A stretch of 64,000 bases of DNA. Source: Salpingoeca rosetta (taxonomy: Eukaryota > Protista > Choanoflagellata). Shown piece after piece: positions 37,158 through 64,000 of the stretch. The DNA lies in the NCBI GenBank assembly GCA_033442325.1, contig JAWQFM010000005.1:3278-67277 (forward strand). The letters are read 5' to 3'. The notes under the pieces were generated by a model. It was not told where the DNA came from, did no database searches, and worked only from the letters and a program-made list of their open reading frames with translations. Every line of letters starts with the position of its first letter. Position 1 is the stretch's first letter. Both the position numbers and the translations under genes were made by a program.

Positions 37158-37896
37158 GTCGTTCGTTCTCTACTNNNNNNNNNNNNNNNNNNNNNNNNNN
37201 NNNNNNNNNNNNNNNNNNNNNNNNNNNNNNNNNNNNNNNNNNNNNNNNNNNNNNNNNNNNNNNNNNNNNNNNNNNNNNNNNNNNNNNNNNNNNNNNNNNN
37301 NNNNNNNNNNNNNNNNNNNNNNNNNNNNNNNNNNNNNNNNNNNNNNNNNNNNNNNNNNNNNNNNNNNNNNNNNCTCCCCGTTCGTGTCGCTGCTGACCTG
37401 TTCCTCCGACACTCCTGCCGCTGATGACGACTGTTGCTCACAGGCCTCGCACGTGCCCAACAACCGGCGCCAGACCCGTGAGCACGCTTGACGCCGCAGC
37501 CACGCCAGCGCCATCCCCTCTCTGTGCCACCGCTGAAGAACACAGACTCAAGCATGGCCCCAACAGCCTGCAGGTCACGAATGCCTTCACGGGCAGCAGA
37601 TGCCGCGGCTTGAGTCACGTGTTCGTGAGTTTGCTGTGTTGCCTCCAATCTCTGCGCACGCACTGCAAGTGTTTTGACCTGGGCCTGTTCGCAGCATGTT
37701 TGCACATGTGTGAGAGTGTGTGTATGCGATCGGATGCGCACATAAGAGCAAAAATAGGTGTGTGTGCGTGCGTGTGTGTGTATGTATGTGTGTGTGTGTG
37801 TGTGTGTGTGCGTGTGTGCGTGTGTGCGTGTGTGCGTGTGTGCGTGTGTGCGTGTGTGCGTGTGTGTGTGTGTGTGGTGCCATGTGTGTGTGGTGC

Positions 37897-37931
<35 letters not shown>

Positions 37932-38693
37932 TTCGTCGTATGTGTATGAGAGCATTACCGTGAATACGCGGCATCGTATGCTCTCAGCAGACAGTAGACC
38001 TGGCAACAACCCAAGTGAGATGGCAAGTGTACAACCTTACAGCTGTGCTCATGAAGGGCAACAGCAACCCACAACGACAGAGTACGCAGAGCGTAAGCAC
38101 ACAAACACACACACATACAAACACGCACACGCAAACACACTCACCACCACTACCACGACTGCGGACCTGATCGGGGATGTGGAGCGTCTCTGTGGAGATG
38201 AACGTGTGTTCGCATTCGCGTTGCAAGCGATCTAGGAGTTTGCGGAACTTGGCCGTGTCCTCAGCCAGCTGCTCTTCGCCATAGTCTCGCACCTGATGGT
38301 GACGCATCGAGGTTGAACGATGATGAGTTGACAACACGCATATGCAACATGTGCGGTCACATACAAAGCACAGACGCGACCATTCATTCAACGCACACCC
38401 GCACACCCGCACACACACACACACCCGCACACATGCACACACGCAAACACGCACACACGCACACACACACCTGCTGCTCAAACTTGTCGAGGACGGCTTG
38501 ATAGTATTCGGCATCACCGCTCGCGTCAACCAGCTCTTTTGCCATCGATTGCGCATCTGCAGACCACGCACTGAAGCGCGGGTGGGACAGCTGTGGCCAC
38601 GCAGGAGCACATGGAGACGTGTGGTGTGATGAATAATGTGATCGCGGAGCCAAGAGAAGTGCACTGAAAAGGGTGTCTTACAGCAGGAATGTG

Positions 38694-38763
<70 letters not shown>

Positions 38764-39115
38764 CGTTGGTTTTCTCACATTCACCTTCCTGTCTTGTCCT
38801 TGTTTCTCTTCATCAGCTTCGTGACCGCGACATCACAGACACAATGGCGCACAGCAGAGCAGCAGTCAAATTAGAGGTGTGTGTGTGTGTGTGGGGGGGG
38901 GGTGTGTGGTGGGTGGGTGGGTGTGCGTGTGCGTGTGCGTGTGCGTGTGTGTGTGCGTGTGTCTTGTCTATCACATGCCCGTTTGCTTCGTTTACGCCGC
39001 CTGGACTCACCAAATGGCTGTTTGCATCCATCAACAGGTTGCAGAAGCCATTTTCGAGGACTTGCTCGTGGATATGACTGCCTCCCTCTCGCGTGTCCTG
39101 GCACCGTCGGAGTGA
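27234..39115 (+). CDS. CEP350: CEP350-like large centrosome/basal-body protein, multi-exon, with a ~5.2-kb exon at about 31504-36684
   Basis: Motifs [30 protein letters not shown], long coiled coils and repeated YSDDFE motifs. The C-terminal [12 protein letters not shown]...[18 protein letters not shown] resembles the CEP350/DUF4378-type end. Start codon inferred. Confidence 0.65.
37175..37373. other. Assembly gap (199 N)
   Basis: N run preceded by (GT)n and poor-looking bases. Confidence 0.99.
37374..38570 (-). CDS. Internal exons of an unidentified helical protein, antisense within a CEP350 intron (partial)
   Basis: Four GT-AG-bounded, in-phase exons: [29 protein letters not shown] / [42 protein letters not shown] / [14 protein letters not shown] / [18 protein letters not shown].... 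No start or stop seen. Confidence 0.6.
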
Positions 39116-39619
39116 TGATGCACGCACCAACGCGAATGACCCCCGTGTTTTGCGCTGCTGGCGGTGTTGTCTGGCCAGTTTGCACTCGAGCTTGCCCTTG
39201 CCTGTACATAACAACGACAACCCGCCACCCACTTTCCTCTCAATGTCCATATTGTGTGGTGGCGCTGCTGTCAAGCTTCACATCTTTGTCCATACGTTTA
39301 TGCCGCTCATTTGATGCACCTACACTTGTTGCACTCGCTTTCGTGTTTCATTCACGCTTGGTATTGTCTGTGGGCTGGTTTGAACTGTTCATTCATCACT
39401 TTGCACATGTGTACAGCTAGTCGTGTTACCCTACCAAATACAAGGAAAGGAGTCATTCCATTGAATCAACGAGAATGAAGCTGAAGCAAAGTTGATTACC
39501 GGCGACCCAACAGGAGCCTTGACAGCGCACAAACACACGACCGTGTACCGTCATCACCACCAGCAGCAGAGCAGCATCTCCCCCCCCCCCTCTCCTCCAC
39601 GCACACACACACACTCCTC

Positions 39620-43087
<3,468 letters not shown>

Positions 43088-43368
43088 GAGTGCGTCTGTG
43101 GAATGTTGTGATAGTTGAGTGCGTGCGTCTGTGGAATGTGTAGTATGTGTGTGTGTTTTTGGCGCCTTCGGGGTTTTACAGAACGATGACGATGATGATT
43201 TGATGACGATGATGATGATGGTGATGGTATCATGTCAAGTGATTCGAGCAAGCTTCTTTCTCTTTGTGGTGCAACGAACGCGTGGCATGACAGCAGCAAG
43301 CAAGCAAGCTAACGGGTGTGACAGACAGACAGACAGACACACACACACGCGCATGCATCAGCAGTTGT

Positions 43369-45267
<1,899 letters not shown>

Positions 45268-45325
45268 TGTCACCAGCACTGTTGCTTCTCCGTTCGTCGT
45301 CGTTAATCCAAACAAACAGACAACA

Positions 45326-47418
<2,093 letters not shown>

Positions 47419-47678
47419 CCACTCTGTGCATGTGTGCATGCGTGTGTGCTTGGGTTGACGTGTGTGCGTGTGTGTGCATGTGTGCATGTGTGTGTGTGTG
47501 CATGGGTGCATGCGTGTGTGCTTGGGTTGACGTGACACTGATGCGTGTTCTTGTGTCGTGCGTGGTGTGTTCGCTCCAAGCAAGCAAGCAAAAGCAATCA
47601 AAAGGAAAGCAACAACGCAAAGCACGCCATTGGTCGTTCGCCACTGACAAAAAAACGGAGGATGCAAAGAGAAGAAGG

Positions 47679-48366
47679 ATGGGCTGGAAGACGTACGTCC
47701 CATCTGTGTGTGTGTTTGAGGGACAGGAGAGATCAAAGTGCCTTCCCCAGGCTGCCTGACCCCACCACCAACCGTAACCCCCCCCACTCCCGCTCACGAT
47801 ACATCTTGTTGCCTGCATGCATGTATGCATGCGCCTTTGTTCTTTCCTCTGTTGCTGTGTCCGCTGGCGCAGGTTGATCGCGCTGACGCTGGGGCTGGCG
47901 GTGGTGTTTGTGACCGCCGGGCAGATGTTCCTGGCGCAGCAGCACCACCGCAAGCACCAGCACCAGCACCTGGCCTTGCCACACTCGCTGCTGACGGCAG
48001 CGGGCAGGAGCCGTGGCGCTGAGGACGGCGCAAGTGGAGCCAACCGCGTGCATGCACGCAACGGTCGCCCTCACCAGCCACGATATCCGTTGTTCCGGCA
48101 TCAAAGACACCCGGACCACTCCAACCACCCGCTCCCAACCAACATGCAGAGGCCAAAGAAGATCACTCGCGGCCCTTCATCGCATCACGACGTCACCAGG
48201 CCGTGGTTGACCATCTTCACCATCCTCCCCGACCTCTCACCACTCTCATCATCGCAATTCTCTTCACCGACAGGTCAGCATGCATGGTGTATGTGTGTGC
48301 ATGCGTGCGTGCGTGTTTGTGTTTGCGCGTGTGCGTTTGGGCATGCGTGTGTGCATGCGTGCGTGC

Positions 48367-48400
<34 letters not shown>

Positions 48401-49569
48401 TTGTGTGCGTGTATATGTGCGCGTGTGTGTGTTTGTGTGCGTGTATATGTGCGTGTGTGTGTGTGTGTTTGTGTGTGTATGTGTGCGCATGTGTATACGT
48501 GCGTTGTCTTCTCCTTCTTCTCAGTGTCATGTCTCTGCGCATCTCTCTCTCTCTCTCTCTCGAAGACTCAGCCCTGCACTTCTTCCTCTTCCTGCTCATC
48601 CTCCCCTTCTTCTTCCATCTTCTCCTCATGTGATGCAGCACTGCGGCATCTGCAATCGCAATCCAAGCGAACGCTCCTCGCCCTGCTCAGCTGGGCGGTT
48701 CTTGGCGTGAGTGACATGCTTCCATGTTTGCACTCCTGTACCGTATCTGCCTCTGAACGTTGAGAGCGGTTGTGCAGGCCTGCCCGCCCGCCGTGTGTTC
48801 GCCTCTACCCACCACTCACGCATGCTGGCTCTGCTGTCCTTTGACCTGCTGCTTTGAATTGCCGTGTGGGTGCAGGTGGAGATTATTGCCTTTGCCAACG
48901 AGGACACGTGCCAGGTCGTGCACATTGCCTTCCAGCAGCGCACGTACTACGGCATGTTCACCTGCCGCCCCATCCTCTGCCGTGAAGTGAGCAGTTGACG
49001 CGTGTTGTGTGTGTGTGTGTGCATGTGTGTGCATGTGTTGTGTGTGTGAATGTGTGTGCGTGTGTGTTATGTGTGTGCATGTGTGTGTGCGTGTGTGTTA
49101 TGTGCATGCTATGATGTGCCCTGCATGTGTACGTTGTGTGTGTGTATCCTTGTGTATGCGCGGTTGGCCTTACTCTCACTACATTCGTTCCTGCACGTTG
49201 GCACTGTACTCACACCAACACGATCCAGTCCCGCCTCTGCTCACCCACATGCACACTGTACGCTTTGCAACAGCGTGGCGTGCCAACGCTCGACTGCCCC
49301 TTCCGTGATGTCAAAAAGGTACCTACACACTATCGCGCACGTGCGCATATCTACACATATAGTCATTGACTCACACATTCACATGCGCTCATGCGCTCAT
49401 GCTCTTCATGCCCGTATTCGCTTGCATGCACGCAATCATGTCGCAGAGGGCAAAGGCGAACACCATCATGTATTCAAACTCGGACGTCGTTTACTTTCCA
49501 AACCTCGCCAGCACCGTTCATCAGGTTTGTGTCTCCATGCAACCTCAAGCATGCCCACATATCCCGACT

Positions 49570-49629
<60 letters not shown>

Positions 49630-50017
49630 GCCTCTGGCGTCTCACCTTTGCTCTGCATCCACTGTCAACCTCTAGATTGCGGGTGCTTTTGGTGATGCCT
49701 TCTTTGCCGTTGGCAAACGAATCGATCTAACCCTTCAGGTACACAAGATCTTCCAATGCCACGTACATGTCGTGCTTGCTTGCCTGCTTCACTGTGCTCA
49801 CCCCACCATCACCAACTCACCCCTTCCTTCTGATGCTGCGTGCAGGCTACATCTAGTTTTGAAGACCACTTTGTTGCAGAGGCAGCCACCTGTATTGAAA
49901 AGAACAAAGAGTACGTTTGCGCGTGGCTATTTTGCTTGCTTGCAAGCACGCACAGCACGCCCCCGTTTGCAGGCGCTTGCTGAAGAGCTTGCATGGCGAC
50001 ACCTGTTGACTCTGCTT

Positions 50018-50048
<31 letters not shown>

Positions 50049-50080
50049 GCACACACACACACACACACACACGCACACAC

Positions 50081-50124
<44 letters not shown>

Positions 50125-51119
50125 GCGCGCGCACATACATGCGTCTACGCAGGTGTGTGCATTTGTTGCAGGCGTGGCAGACCACGTTGCCTGGGGCCCT
50201 CAACCACGACAGAAATGGCATCGACTTTATGCTGTTCCCTCGCGACCTGCGCTTCACGGTCAGCTAAGATGATGATGGTGGTGCTGGTGGTGGCGGTGGT
50301 GCTGGTGATGATGATGATGGTGGTGATGGACGAAACAAATGATGGTTGTCATCGTCCTTGCTTTGACATACACACGCACACGCACGCACACCCAATCGTC
50401 TGTGCTGTGCATTTCCTCACCCACATTTGTGCCCTGCGTCACATCGTTTGCTGTTGCGTTTGTCAGGTGCCCAAGTTCATGGTTGGCCGCATACAGTGGG
50501 ACCAGTGGCTGCTGCTCAAGATGATTGTGGACCCGCAAGTCACCACCGTCGAGGTGTCACACGTCACGCTGGGGCTGCACATGCACCACGGCACATACAA
50601 GGCCAGCCACGCAAAGGCCGGCACAGACCACAACGTGGAGCTTGCACAACGTCTACCGCACCAGCGCGTGCACGCAAACGACCACGTGCAGATGAGGGGC
50701 ACGGTGTGGCTCGGGCGGCTGGACGAGGTGGATGTCGTGGCGTTTGCACCCGACACATGGGAGAGGTGGCAGTGTGATGCGGGCATGAAGGGTGATATTG
50801 AAGGCACACGCACGCGCGCCTTGCCTGATGGTGCCAACAGCACAGCTGCGAATGACGAAGAGCAGGCAGCGGTCCAGCGGTCCGCAAAGCTTGCAATTGA
50901 GGACATTAATCAGCACCCAAACTTGCTTCGGCTGCCATCATGGTACTTTGAAGGCGAGGTATGAGGACGCATGTGCGTTGTCACCTTGTGTTTCCGTGGA
51001 TTATCAATGCTTGCCGCTCTCTCTTGCACCTTTGCTTGCTATCCCGTGTGCTCGCTCCATCCCTCACTTTTCTCTCTTCACGGGCTATACACACACACAT
51101 ACACACACACACACGAATT

Positions 51120-51174
<55 letters not shown>

Positions 51175-53166
51175 TACACGCATACATACATACAAGGTGA
51201 GCAAGGCGAGTGGTCTCAGGGAAGATTACATGACGACGACAGCAGAAACGGAAGAGGCGCAGCAGCTTCGCTTTGTTCCCAACAAGCAGTCACTTGATTT
51301 GTTACTGTTCAAAGCACACAGCATCCTCCACAGCCAGCGGTTTGTGCTGATATATCCAATCGAGGACCTTGCCGAGGTAAAGGGGAACATGACACGCACA
51401 CGAACGAGACATGTGTGCCTGTTTGCTTGCAGGCAACTGATTATCTGGTGCACAAGAACCTGCGGAAAGCTCGAGTTTCTTCTTGCACGTATTGAACCGC
51501 CTGGCATTTGTTCCCGCCTTGATGTCGTGCTCTACGATTCAGGTCCCAGCGTCGCTGGTGACGGCGTGTCACGCGGACGCCTTCAACCACGACGTGTTGT
51601 TTGTGACGCGTGATCCCTCCGTATGGCACTGGCTCACCACCCTCCGTCTCCACGTCTGGCACGAACCGTACGTCACTTTATTTATGCTTGTGTATGTATG
51701 TGTGTGCGCTCGCACGTGCGTGTGATTGTGTGCGTGCGTGTGTGTGTGTGTGTGTGAGTGTGTGTGAGTGAGTGTGCGTGCGTGTGTACGTGTGCGTGTC
51801 TTAGCGTGTTGTCATCATCTGCATCTTCTTGCTTCTTCTTGTGCTCTGCTTGCTTACAGACCTTCCACGTCCCAAACGGACACGCTAACTGCCGTGGTGA
51901 GTTCAGCACAACACAACGAGCCTCACTCCATCTTACCACTGTCCGTCTCCCTGTGTGTTGGTGCCGCTGTGACTTCTCACCCCCACAGCTTTTCGTCACA
52001 CCTTCCATTCACTGTTTTTCCCCCTCCCTCAGTCCTTTCCACCACACCTCATCGTCGATTCCGCCCCAGCCACATTCCTACATTCACCCCCTCCTCCCAC
52101 TAACCACCCTTGCATCCACACGCCATCGCGTGCATTCATTCCCCCGTCAGACGGCGGTGGTGCTGCAAGCTGTGCAGCTTGGCTACAGCGTTGGTGTTGG
52201 TCGCTCACACCACCTCATCAACACGACACAAAACGCCATCTTCGACAGCCCAGATGCCGACGTGCTCATCGTGCAAAGTGCGTCGTGCGTGGGGGTTGTC
52301 ATGGTGATGCGAGCGCATGTGCATGCGCATGTATTTGCATGCGTACGTATGTGTATGTGCATGTATGTGTGTGTATATGCACGTGTGCATTTGCGACCAT
52401 ACCCTGCCTGTCCTCCTGTCTGACTGCCCCACTTGTCCTTTCCTCTCGGCTGCTCACACCGCCATCAACACGCTGTTCTCAGATGATGCCCAACAGCCCG
52501 TCTTCCTCTTCACGAAGTGTGTTGCTGTTCTTGTCTTCAAATGCAATGCAATGCGCTGACACACAAAACCCAGCTTTCACACACGAGTGCCGCAAGACTC
52601 ATGCCAGCTCACCGCACGTGCGTACACCGCAACCCCTCCTTCCCTCGTCCTCCCATCCCATCCCGTTCTGTGCATTCTCCATTGCTATTTGATTGTCCAA
52701 TCCCAGATCACGCCCACGGCTGCACACGCTGTGGCTGCGGCTGCACGGCACGCTGAAGAGCGAGGGGCGAGCACGCGCGAAGGTGACCACGGGCACTCCG
52801 AATGTACTGACGGCCATCACCAACGCCCTGTTCACAACGGCGCACCTCCTCGGTGCAGATCCGCCCGATGTCAGGTGTGTGTGTGTGTGCAGAAGAGGAC
52901 GCTCTTGGGGTTTCGTTTGATGTGCGGACGTGCTGTTGTGTGGTCGTTTTGGACAGCTGCCGCGATTGCTGTTCTGGCGGCCACTGACGCCGTGTGCTAT
53001 GCCATACCGCTGGGCCGCTGGGTTGTTGCCTTGCTTCTTCGTACGTTTCTTTCAGGTCAACACATGCCGTGGTGGAATCTCCACAAGATGGGTGCGGGCT
53101 GTCAGCGTTGTTGCGTTCCGCCAAGTTTCAGCACATTGCCGATGTGCTTTACGCCTCATCCGCAGG

Positions 53167-53265
<99 letters not shown>

Positions 53266-53668
53266 ACATAGTGCAAGACCAGAGATAGTCTGTGTTAAGA
53301 ATAGCACGCGATCACACGATCACCCCGAGGCGTCTGCCGCCGCCATCGCCATCCATCACAGCATCACCACTGCATTGGAGTTGTCACCGTCACCATCGCC
53401 ACCACCACTTGTAGCACTTGCGCTTCTTTCTCACCCCATCCCTCTCTCGCTCTCTCCCATTTTCCTTGCGTTTGGATGTTCAGAGCATGCGCTGGACGCA
53501 CGCTCCATGGCTGAGGTGTACAGGGAGCTGTCTGGGCAGGACATCTGCCAAACCATCAATGCCTTCAACACCCACGCACCACACCTCCCCCACTCCCTCT
53601 TCATCGATCAGCCGCAAGCGGTCGCCGCCATCCAAAAATACCCCACCATCCTGCGCTGCAGAAATTGA
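47679..53668 (+). CDS. Type II membrane glycosyltransferase-like protein (plant RAY1-like two-domain layout), multi-exon
   Basis: MGWKT plus N-terminal [18 protein letters not shown]. Motifs [53 protein letters not shown] and HMHH. A second, degenerate GT77-like part reads [13 protein letters not shown]...DADVLIV. Stop at 53666-53668. Confidence 0.65.
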
Positions 53669-53821
53669 TACGAAGATATTAGTAAATCGTCCCCATCCGA
53701 AGCCAGCTGGTGTTGTTTGTTGTTGTTTGTTGTTGGTGGATGAGCAGTTCCAGCCAGTCAACAGCATCCATATCCGCACCCCAGCACACCCGATCAATCT
53801 CAAACCAGCACTGAGTTCAGC

Positions 53822-58287
<4,466 letters not shown>

Positions 58288-58554
58288 ATGCAATGTCACA
58301 TCCCATCACGTGTTGCTTTGCTGCCTGGTCGTGTTCTTGTGTGCAAGAGGTGTCTTTCTTCCTTCTTCAGCCGTTTCCCTTTTGTGTGGCTTTCCTTACG
58401 TTGTCGATGCGTGGTTCGACGTTGTTGGTTTGATCGGCGTTTACATTACAATGCACGAGTGTGACAACTTATGAAGCAGCAACGGGAGGGCTAACGACAG
58501 ATATTGGTGCAGGAGGCAAGGGGGAGAAGCACGCGTCAGAGCGAGCGCGAAACC

Positions 58555-58662
<108 letters not shown>

Positions 58663-58670
58663 CTCGCTCT

Positions 58671-63735
<5,065 letters not shown>

Positions 63736-63881
63736 GGTGCAAGGGGGGGGGGGTTGAGGGGCCAGGGAGGGAAAGGATAAACAAGGCGAGAGCAAACAGA
63801 ATTCACTGCGGGCCACTGATAAAACCCCCGTGACACTTCCAGAACAGCACGAAGGGAACACGACAACAACGATCATCATCG

Positions 63882-63971
<90 letters not shown>

Positions 63972-64000
63972 CAACTAACACAACTAACAACAACAACAAC
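63882..64000. repeat. (CAA)n microsatellite
   Basis: Trinucleotide run extending to the window end. Confidence 0.9.

Overview
Eukaryotic, GC-rich, intron-dense DNA with (GT)n/(CA)n tracts in most introns. Style and gene content suggest a choanoflagellate such as Salpingoeca rosetta (inference). Bases 1-810 appear to be the end of one scaffold, carrying the C-terminus of an Mss116-like DEAD-box helicase. After a 100-N spacer a chromosome end begins with (CCCTAA)n. It is followed by about 13 kb of low-complexity subtelomere containing a ~74-bp minisatellite, then a solitary 5S rRNA gene and two decayed gene relics (exostosin/GT47 and a WxGGVLAxNG repeat protein). The gene-dense region then holds a WSC-GH3 beta-xylosidase-like gene, RCC1, a CEP350-like gene, a sulfotransferase-WSC gene, a probable mitochondrial membrane protein, a bacterial-type NamZ (GH171) muramidase with introns, a RAY1-like glycosyltransferase, a WASP/N-WASP homolog and the 3' part of PPIP5K/Vip1. 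The most unusual signals are: two compositionally foreign, high-complexity 460-630 bp inserts inside intronic (GT)n/(CA)n tracts; several microsatellite-bounded deletions or swaps of gene parts; the secreted NamZ (likely horizontal transfer); and a WASP with Glu at the position of the regulatory Tyr. Exon boundaries were read by eye and are approximate. Most short ORFs in the supplied track are microsatellite artefacts.
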